Shown here: in pieces, positions 7,413 to 15,631 of the stretch
Layout: each line of letters begins with the position of its first letter
How positions within the stretch are numbered: the first letter of the stretch is position 1
DNA from: a virus
IMG/VR virus record: IMGVR_UViG_3300035156_000175
Coordinates: 1 to 64,000 of that record
DNA length: 64,000 bases
Direction: 5' to 3' (one strand)
Position numbers and translations under genes: made by a program
The notes under the pieces: generated by a model
What the model was told of the DNA's origin: nothing
Seen by the model: the letters and a program-made list of their open reading frames with translations, nothing else
The model's database searches: none

Positions 7413-8216
7413 ATGCCTCAGATGGACGCTTCCCTTGTTCCGCAATTCTTTGCTCACGATGTGCGCTTGTTCCGGCGCCACAAGCACGGAGGCTGCAAGC
7501 CTATCCGCACAATCAATGGCGGCCGCCTGGTCGTGACGTTCGAGGGCGAGCGTATTGACGCCGCTGCGATTGTCTGGTGCTTGCATTACGGGAACTGGCC
7601 GCGCTTTCCGCTGACCATCCTTGATGGCGATCCTGAGAACCTTTCGCTCGACAATATCTATCCGGTGCGCTTGCACGGCGTCCGCTATCGTGAGCATGTG
7701 ACTTCCGCTGGCTTGTTCCAGCATCCGCTGTCCGACTTGCAATTCCGCACATCGAGGGAATGCAAAGCGCATTGGGTCGTGCTGGCTCGTGAGCATTACC
7801 AAAAGGACATGACATACGTGCTGCAACTGGAAGCTCGCGACCGCGCACTTGCCGCGCAGGCAGTAGATCGTACGGCAGAGATTCGTCGTCAGTATGAGGC
7901 ACGCCAAGAAGCTTCCCGCAAGGCTCGCGCCGCGGTGCTGGCGCGCAATGCTGGCACGAAGGAGAAGGCCCCGCCCAAGCCTCGTGCTATCGAAGGCATG
8001 GTGTGGCATTACTACAAGAAGGTGTGGCAGAGCGTGCCACCGCCGGTGCATGTCTCGGATGACTGCCGGCGCCGCTGCTGCGCTTTCCTGCGCGGCGCCG
8101 TACGTGCTGAATTCCAGCCGCATCACCAAGAGACATGGTATTTCGATGCTGCTGGCGAGGTTGTGAAGCCGTTGCCTCACAAAGAGTTCATGGCGAAGCC
8201 TACGCAATCTCAATAG
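7413..8216 (+). CDS. HNH_3-like homing-endonuclease-like protein, possibly degenerate
   Basis: ORF track 7401..8216. I prefer the ATG at 7413. The segment AAIVWCLHYGNWPRFPLTILDGDPENLSLDNI resembles the HNH_3 core, but the usual DH histidine reads LD. It is the only plus-strand gene in the early arm. Confidence 0.45.
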   Translation: MPQMDASLVPQFFAHDVRLFRRHKHGGCKPIRTINGGRLVVTFEGERIDAAAIVWCLHYGNWPRFPLTILDGDPENLSLDNIYPVRLHGVRYREHVTSAGLFQHPLSDLQFRTSRECKAHWVVLAREHYQKDMTYVLQLEARDRALAAQAVDRTAEIRRQYEARQEASRKARAAVLARNAGTKEKAPPKPRAIEGMVWHYYKKVWQSVPPPVHVSDDCRRRCCAFLRGAVRAEFQPHHQETWYFDAAGEVVKPLPHKEFMAKPTQSQ

Positions 8217-8493
8217 AGACTTCACGCAGCGCCAGGCGCACGTCTGCGGGCAGCAAATGGTTCGCTGCTACCAGCGTGCGGCCGACCAGCCAAAAGTCGC
8301 CTGCAAGGCCTGTGAGCATGTTCTGGAAGTGCCCGACCTGCTTCTGCAGGTCGATGTCAACGAGGTAGTTGCCAAACGCCACATGAAAGCATGGCTCGAC
8401 CTTCGTAACCACGAAGTCAGCCAGATCAGCCAGTACGTTCGGGCCAGTCGGCATGACTGGCTGAGTGAGAAAGTCGCGGCGCAGCTTGTACAT
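8200..8493 (-). CDS. hypothetical early protein (97 aa)
   Basis: ORF track 8200..8517. I prefer the ATG at 8493, preceded by a GGGAGG RBS. Its 3' end overlaps the HNH-like gene convergently by 17 nt. Confidence 0.6.
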   Translation of the reverse strand: MYKLRRDFLTQPVMPTGPNVLADLADFVVTKVEPCFHVAFGNYLVDIDLQKQVGHFQNMLTGLAGDFWLVGRTLVAANHLLPADVRLALREVSIEIA

Positions 8494-8589
8494 GATTGCC
8501 TCCCAGAATTTTTTCATTTTATGCTCGTTGGAAATAAAAAAGCCCGCATATTCGCGGACTGTGGCAGCAAAGAAACAGGTTAGAACAGG

Positions 8590-8820
8590 TTAGATCAGGT
8601 CGAGCGGGCCGAGCGACGCTTTGTGCGTCCAGTTGCCGTTGGTCAGCGTGCGGTTCGTGTCATCGCCGCCGAAAGCTTCCCAACCGAGCGGCGAGAGCTT
8701 GATGCAGGCGTCCAGCAGGTCAGCGCGGAGACGCTGCCTGTCGCCGCTACCCTTGTGGAAGAGTGTAGACTCTGGCTCGCCGTTATAGAAGAGCTCGATC
8801 TTGGCGACGAAGAAGGTCAC
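8590..8820 (-). CDS. hypothetical early protein (76 aa)
   Basis: ORF track. GTG start overlaps the upstream stop (GTGA). GGAGG RBS. Confidence 0.6.
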   Translation of the reverse strand: MTFFVAKIELFYNGEPESTLFHKGSGDRQRLRADLLDACIKLSPLGWEAFGGDDTNRTLTNGNWTHKASLGPLDLI

Positions 8821-9020
8821 GCTGCCTCCAGCATTTCAGTGGAAAGACGCTCTGCCATTTCGCATGCGGCGGCCCAGCTCAAACCGAGCGTTTTGTGGCC
8901 TGCCTGCGACTCGCAGACGAACAGGCAAGGGCGGCCCAGGTGATCGCGCTTGTACATTTCGGCGGGCGACTTGAACTCATCCTTGCGCATTTTACGGGCT
9001 GCGAATTGTGCTTCTGACAT
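8817..9020 (-). CDS. hypothetical early protein (67 aa)
   Basis: ORF track. Part of the coupled gene chain. Confidence 0.6.
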   Translation of the reverse strand: MSEAQFAARKMRKDEFKSPAEMYKRDHLGRPCLFVCESQAGHKTLGLSWAAACEMAERLSTEMLEAA

Positions 9021-9106
9021 GATATTCTCTCTTTATCTGAAATTGACTAGGGGCGCTCTTCGCCATTTTGTCAAGTCTTTTCTTAATTAATCGACACCGT
9101 CGATCC

Positions 9107-9256
9107 CTAGAACTTGCAAACCGGCACAAACCACGACGATATGTGCTGTGAGGCAATTTTACATGCCTCCGTGCCGTGCTGTGGCAATGGACCTTCCGGG
9201 CCGTTAGCCAGCAACGTTACAGCGATGAGCAGGCACAGCACGATTACGATGCGCAT
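9107..9256 (-). CDS. small secreted or membrane protein (49 aa)
   Basis: Below the track cutoff. AGGAAGGG RBS then ATG at 9256. MRIVIVLCLLIAVTLLANG looks like a signal peptide. Confidence 0.45.
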   Translation of the reverse strand: MRIVIVLCLLIAVTLLANGPEGPLPQHGTEACKIASQHISSWFVPVCKF

Positions 9257-9492
9257 TTGATTTCCCTTCCTAAGTATTTTTCGGCAAAACCTGATTTCTT
9301 CTTCGGCGGTGGCCGCGACAGCACCGGGTTTGTGGTCTTTGGTGGCGCTGCCAGAGCGGGCATGGCGATGCCAGTGCTGCGCACGGTGCGGGTGGCCTTG
9401 AGCAGGTCATTAAACCGCTCTAAACGGCGCTGCTGCTGTGCCAGACGCGCTGCCAATAAGGCATGCTGGCGGCCAGGAATCTCACGTTTCAT
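9244..9492 (-). CDS. hypothetical basic, Pro-rich protein (82 aa)
   Basis: ORF track. CTGGAG RBS-like sequence upstream of the ATG at 9492. Confidence 0.55.
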   Translation of the reverse strand: MKREIPGRQHALLAARLAQQQRRLERFNDLLKATRTVRSTGIAMPALAAPPKTTNPVLSRPPPKKKSGFAEKYLGREIKCAS

Positions 9493-9507
9493 AAAAGCTC
9501 CAGACGT

Positions 9508-9536
9508 AAAAATGCCCGGGACAGGTTGGCCCAGGC
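9508..9536 (-). terminator. intrinsic-terminator-like hairpin 16 nt upstream of the next start codon
   Basis: Minus strand reads GCCTGGG-CCAACCTGT-CCCGGGC followed by ATTTTTA. The 7-bp stem includes one G-U pair. Confidence 0.45.
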
Positions 9537-10062
9537 GCTGATCCTGCTAAAAAACTAACTGACTGCTGCGCCGTTTGCTCAACAGTCAATAATTTTTCAA
9601 GTGTCGGTCACTACCCTACTCTTTCTTACTTTATTCCTCACCGAATCCGTTTCATTTCCTGCATGCCCCATTACGGTAGGACACAATCGCTTTCTGGCCT
9701 GTTAAGCCCTTCACGACGCTACCGACTCATAAGCACGGCAGCCAGCGGGTGAGCGGTGCGCCTTACTAGGGGCGGACCGTCGTTATCGAATCTAAGTAGT
9801 ATCGGGTTTTGTTGTCTATCGTCCTATGCCTATGAGCGCCCCGGTAGCCAGTGCCCCTACATGCATGATTCAACCGGCAACGCCGCCTGACTTGCTTAGA
9901 TTCTCAATTGTTAATGAACACTTGCCGCCACCATGCCCCGCAATGCAGTGCTGTAGTGTCGCCTCACCATGTAGCGTTATGTGCATGGTGCGGTACTGCT
10001 GCTAATCGGTACGGCGCACGCGCCGCACTGATTAGCATGCCCGTATGGGCATGCTTACAGGG
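9537..10062 (-). other. ORF-free structured region (candidate ncRNA, leader or DNA element)
   Basis: No minus-strand ORF of 60 aa or more, and no RBS-preceded short ORF that I could find. Three consecutive hairpins follow the upstream stop codon: 10034-10055 (9-bp stem), then GCTAATC...GATTAGC, then CACCATG...CATGGTG. Confidence 0.4.
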
Positions 10063-10695
10063 TTATGCTGGCTCCAGTTCGGCGGACAGCTCCAGAGCCT
10101 GCGCCGTGTAGCGTGCTGCGCATGCTTCATAGATGGCGTCCAGCTGCGCACCGGTCAACATACCGCCAGCGATGGCAGCAACCATGCTTTCTACTGCATC
10201 GTCCAGTTCGACAGCGATGCTGTGCGAATCGGAGGCATCAACGAGCGCTACATCATCGTCGCTTGCCACTGGCGCTGGTGCTGGCGCTGCCGCTGGTGCT
10301 GGCTCGCTTTTTGCTTTCGGTGCTGCCTTTTCTGCCATCACAGCATCGAAAGCGACAAAGAAAGCGACGGTAGCGGCGTGCGTCAACTGTTCGATTTTGG
10401 CGCGAACGTCCTTGTTTTCGGCGCTGTCCAGCTTGCCTTTGTAGTCCACTTTCTTGACGTCAGTACCGACCACGCCGAAGGTAGCAAAACCGGCCTGATA
10501 AGCGCGCGCTTTCTTAGCCTTGCCTTCTGTCAGTGCGGCCGCTTCGGTAATCGGCGAGTAGTTACCCTTGAACATCTGTTCGACCGCGTTGCGGATGGTA
10601 GTGGTGCGGAAGGCTTGGGCGTGCGCGCCGCCTTTGATGTCGCCCTGTACAAACTGCGCGAAGAGTGAGACTGGGGTTTGCTTTTCGGTGGACAT
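10063..10695 (-). CDS. first early gene: bipartite protein with a Lys-rich N-domain, Ala/Pro linker and strongly acidic C-domain (210 aa)
   Basis: ORF track 10063..10791. I prefer the ATG at 10695, preceded by an AGGAG RBS. The last 65 aa hold roughly 15 Asp/Glu against 1 Arg. Confidence 0.7.
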   Translation of the reverse strand: MSTEKQTPVSLFAQFVQGDIKGGAHAQAFRTTTIRNAVEQMFKGNYSPITEAAALTEGKAKKARAYQAGFATFGVVGTDVKKVDYKGKLDSAENKDVRAKIEQLTHAATVAFFVAFDAVMAEKAAPKAKSEPAPAAAPAPAPVASDDDVALVDASDSHSIAVELDDAVESMVAAIAGGMLTGAQLDAIYEACAARYTAQALELSAELEPA

Positions 10696-11216
10696 GGTAA
10701 CTACTCCTATAAAGTGCGCCGCCGGTATTGGTTGCGCTTTGTTGATGTAGTTATTATGCCTGAAATTGACGGTATTAGATAGCGCACACACTAGAAAACG
10801 ACAAATAAATTAGATCGAAACGTAATATAAAAGAGGGAAATGATAATAAAAGTGTAGTTGACATGGTGAAATGTGGGTCATTTGTTGTGATTTGTGTAAC
10901 TAATTGCTTATAAGTAAGCGTTATTTAAACGGCTTTTAAAGGGCATTCTAGCCCTTCGATTCCGTGGGTAGGCTTGGGTATTGGGGCGTGGACGATCGAC
11001 GTATAGGGGCTCTTTTCGGGGTTTCCGCCAGGCCTGAACCACCTCCCTCCGAAAAATTTTCATAAATTTCAAACTTTCGCCACAAATTCTCATACTTTCG
11101 TTGCTTTAACGCAACAATTCACCGACTTTCCGAAAATTTTTAGAAAATTTTTCAAAACTTTTGGGCAAACCTTGGCAAAACTTGGCACAAAAGTTGAAAG
11201 CTGGCATACTTATTGC
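10696..11216. promoter_or_regulatory. divergent AT-rich control region between the early and late arms; candidate cos/packaging region
   Basis: About 520 bp without a convincing ORF. It has A/T tracts (GAAAAATTTT repeated three times), ACTTTCG three times, a G-tract cluster near 10965-11040, and one possible rightward promoter, TTGTGA-N18-TATAAG at 10885-10914. Confidence 0.5.
11161..11209 (+). repeat. 10-bp phased TTGGCA-type repeats (three tandem copies plus one more)
   Basis: TTGGGCAAAC, CTTGGCAAAA and CTTGGCACAA at 11161-11190, then CTGGCATAC at 11201-11209. They sit immediately upstream of the first packaging-arm gene. Confidence 0.6.
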
Positions 11217-11504
11217 ATGTTAAGAGACCTCATCAAGCCCTACATCGACCGCATTCGCCGCCGCGAGGTGACCAATCGCGCCGTCGCCGCTGAGCTCGGC
11301 GTGACCGAGTTCAGTGTTTGTCGCGTCCTCAAGCAGCTCAAAGTCGTCCGCGAAGAGGCCCCCAACAGCAAAGCGAAGAAGGACCTCAACGAGGCGCGGC
11401 GCCAGCACCGCCTCAAGGCCGCCCAAACCATGGACGTCAAGGCCGCAGCCCAGGCAGCGAACTGTTCCATCCGCACCATCTATCGACTGAGGAATAAAAA
11501 ATGA
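11217..11504 (+). CDS. small HTH DNA-binding protein (95 aa)
   Basis: ORF track 11172..11504. I prefer the ATG at 11217. Two HTH-like segments: NRAVAAELGVTEFSVCRVLKQL and AAAQAANCSIRTIYRLRNK. Confidence 0.6.
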   Translation: MLRDLIKPYIDRIRRREVTNRAVAAELGVTEFSVCRVLKQLKVVREEAPNSKAKKDLNEARRQHRLKAAQTMDVKAAAQAANCSIRTIYRLRNKK

Positions 11505-11827
11505 GCAAAGCTCCACACGAAGAGCGCGTGATCGCAGAAAAGACCGACCTCGACGCCCGGCTGGTGGCGCTGCTCAGCTTTATCGACACCGTCACCTTCC
11601 ACAAGCTGCCCGAGGCTGAACAAAAGCGTCTGCGCCTGCAGCGCCTGGCAATGAGCCTGTACAGCGAAGTGCTAAGCCAGCGCATCGACGCATTCCCCGC
11701 TGTTCCACGTGAAACAATGGCAGCGCGGCCGCTTCCAGTGATCCCGCTGCCAACACCAGCGCGATACCATGCACCAAAATCAGCAGAAGCCCCTGAACCT
11801 GGCCGGAGCTGGTACGAGCATGCTTAA
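11501..11827 (+). CDS. hypothetical protein (108 aa)
   Basis: ORF track. GAGGAA RBS and ATGA overlap with the upstream ORF. Confidence 0.7.
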   Translation: MSKAPHEERVIAEKTDLDARLVALLSFIDTVTFHKLPEAEQKRLRLQRLAMSLYSEVLSQRIDAFPAVPRETMAARPLPVIPLPTPARYHAPKSAEAPEPGRSWYEHA

Positions 11828-12287
11828 AGATCACACCCTGGCGCCGGCGCCAGCCCTGCTCAAGTCCGATCCGCTCGAAGGTTTGTCCGACCGGGAGATG
11901 CTCGACCTGCGCGCGCGCATCGACAGTAAGCTCAAGATCGACCTTGCCCGCATGAATCTTGGCGAGGAGCTTGGCTTGCAGTACCGAAACGGCATGGAGC
12001 TGATGGTTTCCGTGCAGTCCGACAACGGCACGCCGGCGAACCAGAAGGCCCAGGTATTCAACTCGGTCAGCAAGATGCTTTCCGACATCATCAAACAGCA
12101 GAAGGTCGTCTTCAGCGCCGAGCGCCTGAAGCGTTTTGAAGCGGCCTTTCACAAGGTGCTCAGCCGGATGCCGGCGACTGAGGCGCGCGTCTACTTCGAC
12201 CTGTATGGCGAGTTCCTGCGCGAGAGTCCAGAAGCCCTGGAAGCGCTCGAGGCGATCGAGCCTGGCATCACCGGAGAGAAGAAGTGA
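11820..12287 (+). CDS. putative small terminase subunit (call is by position only)
   Basis: ORF track 11769..12287. The ATG at 11820 overlaps the upstream stop. It sits directly upstream of TerL and overlaps it. No diagnostic motif. Confidence 0.4.
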   Translation: MLKDHTLAPAPALLKSDPLEGLSDREMLDLRARIDSKLKIDLARMNLGEELGLQYRNGMELMVSVQSDNGTPANQKAQVFNSVSKMLSDIIKQQKVVFSAERLKRFEAAFHKVLSRMPATEARVYFDLYGEFLRESPEALEALEAIEPGITGEKK

Positions 12288-14050
12288 ACATGCGCGAGCT
12301 CGACACTGACGAGATCAGCCACCTGCAGCGGATGGAGACGGCGCTGTTTAACAGCTACGACCTGTCCGGTGTGGTGCGCTACCTCGAAGAAAAGACCTAC
12401 CTCAAGGGCGACCGGTACTCCTTCAAGGACCACGAGTTCCAGGAGACCATCCTCACCGACACCAGCTCAGTGGTGAACGTCCAGAAGTGCGCCCAGGTTG
12501 GTATGTCTGAGGCCATGGCCCGTTACGCCCTGGCTGTCTGCAGCGTGATGCCGTACTTCTCGGTCATCATGACGATGCCGCACGCGGCCGACGCGGCAAA
12601 CTTCGCCAAGACCCGACTTGACCCGATCATCAATGAGACGCCCGACCTCAAGAACAAGATGGACAAGGAACTGGACAACTCCGAGGTGAAGGGTATCGAC
12701 AACAGCCTGCTGTACATGCGCGGCTGCTCCGGCACCACTGCGGCGCTGTCCGTGCCGGCCGACATGCTGATCCACGACGAGCTGGACCGGTCGGATCCGG
12801 CCATCGTTGGCCAGTACCAGTCGCGTATCAAGCACAGCAAGCACAAGCTGACCCGCAAGTTCGGTACCCCGACACTCGAAGGCAAGGGCATCGCGCTCGA
12901 GATGGCGGCGTCGCGTCGGCACCGCATGGCGTGCGTCTGCAATCACTGCAACGAGAGCTTCATCCCGAGCTTCCACGCCAACGTCATCGTGCCAGGCTAC
13001 AACGACGGCTTGACCACCATCGTCGACGGTGTCGAGAAGAAGAATGAAGGCGCGCTCAAAGACATCACCAAATACAACATCAACAAGATCCGCTGGCAGG
13101 AGGCGTTTTTGCAGTGCCCGCACTGCAAGGAAGAGCCGAGCCTGCAGATGGAGCACCGCGCCTGGGTATGTGAAAATCCGCAAGCCGACTTCACCGCCAT
13201 CGGCTATTACGTGACGCCCTTCGAGGTGCCCAACGTGGTGACGATCCCCTCGCTCATCATGGAAATCACCAAGTACGCATCCTGGGGCGAGTTCGTCAAC
13301 CAGGCGCTGGGCGAAACGATCAACAACGAAGAGTCCCAGCTGACCGCCACCGACGTGGCTGCCGCTATGTGGCAGGACGTCCTCAACTCGGGCGAAATGC
13401 ACAACCTGGGGATCGACGTCGGCCAGACTTGCCACGCGCTGGTCGGCCGCATGACGGGCGAAGGTACGCTCCTGGTCGTGCACAAGGAGCGGATAAAACT
13501 TGCCGAGCTGAAGATCCGCAAGGCGGTATTGAAGCGCCTGTACCGGTGCGTCATCACAGTGATCGATGCCTATCCGGAGACCAACCTGGTCAACGAGATG
13601 CAGAAGGTCGACAAGAACCTGTTCGGCGCCCAGTACATCGAGGGCCATCCGACCGTCATGTTCGCCATCAAGGAGGCGGACAAGGACGTGAAAGAGGGCA
13701 AGCTGCCGCTCAAGGTCGTCAAGATCGCGCGCAACCTTTCGCTCGACGAGCTGATGAATCTGTTCAAGGGCAAAAAGCTGTGGTGGTACGTGCAGCGCGA
13801 CGCCGAGGATGACATCTTCCAGTCGCACTGCACCGACATGAGCCGGGGCCAGATCTTCGACAAGGTGGGTAAGGTCTACTGGAACTGGTCCAAGTCGCTC
13901 GAGCAGCAGGATCACTATTTCCACACGCTGAACTACCTGCATGTGGCCTGTCGCCTGCAGCCGACCGTCAGCAAGAACTTGTCGTTCGGTCACGTTCCAC
14001 TTGTCATGAAGCTCAAGATGACAGAAAAAAAAGTGGGACAAGTGGCATAA
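12284..14050 (+). CDS. terL: terminase large subunit, lambda GpA-like
   Basis: 588-aa ORF. The Walker-A-like VQKCAQVGMSE resembles the GpA-family KSAxVGxS motif. It has a Walker B-like LIHDELD. It sits upstream of portal. The start could be GTG 12284 or ATG 12290. Confidence 0.85.
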   Translation: MNMRELDTDEISHLQRMETALFNSYDLSGVVRYLEEKTYLKGDRYSFKDHEFQETILTDTSSVVNVQKCAQVGMSEAMARYALAVCSVMPYFSVIMTMPHAADAANFAKTRLDPIINETPDLKNKMDKELDNSEVKGIDNSLLYMRGCSGTTAALSVPADMLIHDELDRSDPAIVGQYQSRIKHSKHKLTRKFGTPTLEGKGIALEMAASRRHRMACVCNHCNESFIPSFHANVIVPGYNDGLTTIVDGVEKKNEGALKDITKYNINKIRWQEAFLQCPHCKEEPSLQMEHRAWVCENPQADFTAIGYYVTPFEVPNVVTIPSLIMEITKYASWGEFVNQALGETINNEESQLTATDVAAAMWQDVLNSGEMHNLGIDVGQTCHALVGRMTGEGTLLVVHKERIKLAELKIRKAVLKRLYRCVITVIDAYPETNLVNEMQKVDKNLFGAQYIEGHPTVMFAIKEADKDVKEGKLPLKVVKIARNLSLDELMNLFKGKKLWWYVQRDAEDDIFQSHCTDMSRGQIFDKVGKVYWNWSKSLEQQDHYFHTLNYLHVACRLQPTVSKNLSFGHVPLVMKLKMTEKKVGQVA

Positions 14051-14110
14051 GGTTGATCGCCGGCAAGCAAAAAGCTTGCCAGCAACAACTTGCCGTGCAA
14101 CAATCTGGGC

Positions 14111-15631
14111 ATGAAATTGCCCAAATTCATGAATCGCATGTTCTTCGACAGCCCGCTCGACATGAGCGCGGCTGCAGTTCTGCCGACTCAACCGCCCCCA
14201 AAACCGCCTAAACCAGGCGGCGCGTCCTATCCGGGGTACCGGAAAGGTATCGTCGCATCGACTTCGGCAATTCCTAAACCGCGCTTTGACGTGGCCAATG
14301 TCGACTTGACGTCGACATTCCGCTCTGGCGCCGACACGCCGACGATCGTCCGGAACCTCTCGCGCGTATCGCCCGAGCTGGCCGGTGGTCTGGCCGCGGC
14401 CGCGCGCGTAGGCATCCCGGAAAAGTTCATCGCGATCGCGCGGGATCCGGACGGCACATTTAACATCGAGGCGACGCGCTTCGCGCTGCAGCTGCTGCGC
14501 ATCATGAATACGTCGCCCGACTATATCAACGGCTTCTCCCAGGTATCGTCCCTGCGCTCCGTCTCTGAGGCCTTGGCCAAAGAGATGCTGCAGACCGGCG
14601 CCATGGCGATGGAGCTGGTACTCGACAAGCAACGCCTGCCGACTCAGTTCGCGCCCGTGCCAGTCTCGAACCTGATTTTCTACGAAGATGGCAAAGGCAC
14701 CAAGCCGGTCCAGAAAGTGGGCGGCGACGAGATCGACCTGGACATCGCGACCTTTTTCTATGTCGCGCTTGACCCGTCGCTCTATGACATTTATCCGCAG
14801 AGCCCGATGGAAGCGGCGCTGCAGCCGGTCCTGGCCTCGACGACGTTCCTGTCCGACATGCGCAAGTTGTGCCAGCGCCACATCTTCAAACGCTACGACA
14901 TCTCGATCGATGAGGAGAAGCTGCGCGCGCGCATGCCCGACGACATCGCTGCAGATCCGGAGCTGATCCCGGGCTGGCTCAACAACATCCTGGCCGAGAT
15001 CGACAGCGTCATCACCGACCTCGGTGTCGATGAGGCGCTGGTGCACTACGACTTTTTCAGCGTGAAGTTCATCGAAGGCGACACCGGCGACACGCCGGCG
15101 ACCTTCGACACGGTGCACAACATCTACGACGGCAAGATCGCCACGGCGACCAAAACGCCACCTTCCATCCTAGGCATGGGCAGCACCACGCAGAACGTCG
15201 CCTCGACTGAGACGCTGATGTTCATGATGATGGCCAACGGCACGATCCGCCTGAAGCTGCACGAGCTCTATAGCAAGGCCCTGACCTTGGCGGTGCGCCT
15301 GGCCGGCTTGGACGTGACGGTGGAGTTTGAGTTCGACGAGATCGAGCTGCGCCCGGCCAACGAGATGCTGGCGTTCCGCCAGATGAAATACGAATACCTG
15401 ACCAACCTGGTGTCGATCGGCTTCATGACCGACGAAGAAGCATGCCTGCGCCTGACCGGCAACTTGCCACAGAACGGATACACCGTGAAGTGGGACACCG
15501 GCTTCAAGAATCCAGTGGCCGCGCCGGCCGAAGGCGAGGACGAAGACCCCGCGGCCAATAACGGCAATCCGAAATCCAATACTTCCGTCGGGAAGAAAAC
15601 GCCGAAAGGCCCGAAAGGACCACCAAAATGA
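14111..15631 (+). CDS. portal protein
   Basis: About 506 aa, between TerL and the prohead protease. ATGA overlap with the downstream gene. Acidic and basic C-terminal tail. Start uncertain (14090 or 14111). Confidence 0.8.
   Translation: MKLPKFMNRMFFDSPLDMSAAAVLPTQPPPKPPKPGGASYPGYRKGIVASTSAIPKPRFDVANVDLTSTFRSGADTPTIVRNLSRVSPELAGGLAAAARVGIPEKFIAIARDPDGTFNIEATRFALQLLRIMNTSPDYINGFSQVSSLRSVSEALAKEMLQTGAMAMELVLDKQRLPTQFAPVPVSNLIFYEDGKGTKPVQKVGGDEIDLDIATFFYVALDPSLYDIYPQSPMEAALQPVLASTTFLSDMRKLCQRHIFKRYDISIDEEKLRARMPDDIAADPELIPGWLNNILAEIDSVITDLGVDEALVHYDFFSVKFIEGDTGDTPATFDTVHNIYDGKIATATKTPPSILGMGSTTQNVASTETLMFMMMANGTIRLKLHELYSKALTLAVRLAGLDVTVEFEFDEIELRPANEMLAFRQMKYEYLTNLVSIGFMTDEEACLRLTGNLPQNGYTVKWDTGFKNPVAAPAEGEDEDPAANNGNPKSNTSVGKKTPKGPKGPPK

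Noticed and set aside
7323-8225. 300-aa minus-strand ORF overlapping the HNH-like gene
   Set aside because: It starts in the AT-rich gap with no RBS, and its sequence is low-complexity. The plus-strand frame carries the HNH_3-like segment and a sensible start context.
9720-9760. Hammerhead-like core (CUUAUGAG ... GAAA) on the minus strand of the ORF-free region
   Set aside because: The essential G of CUGANGA is replaced by U, and I could not build the three flanking helices.
9788-9905. 9-bp long-range inverted repeat GAATCTAAG...CTTAGATTC within the ORF-free region
   Set aside because: By a rough estimate, a perfect 9-bp inverted pair within about 500 bp is expected by chance at appreciable frequency. 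Neighbouring complementary segments are not nested with it, so on its own it is weak evidence for a specific fold.
9908-10111. 67-aa plus-strand ORF in the ORF-free region, and the 61-aa minus-strand ORF at 10908..11093
   Set aside because: Neither has an RBS. Both cross hairpins or terminators. Their composition is Cys/His/Arg-rich and odd, and their orientation conflicts with surrounding transcription.
11202-11217. Sigma54-type -24/-12 match TGGCAT-N5-TTGCA with canonical GG-N10-GC spacing
   Set aside because: It overlaps the preferred ATG (11217) of the HTH gene, so a transcript starting about 12 nt downstream would lack that start codon. No enhancer-binding protein or upstream activator sites are evident. 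It is more likely the fourth copy of the TTGGCA-type repeat.
12467-15118. 883-aa ORF on the minus strand, antisense to TerL and portal
   Set aside because: It lies opposite two genes with clear family motifs. Its translation is Arg/Gly/His/Val/Asp-rich low-complexity sequence with no motif. Long antisense ORFs are expected in GC-rich coding DNA.
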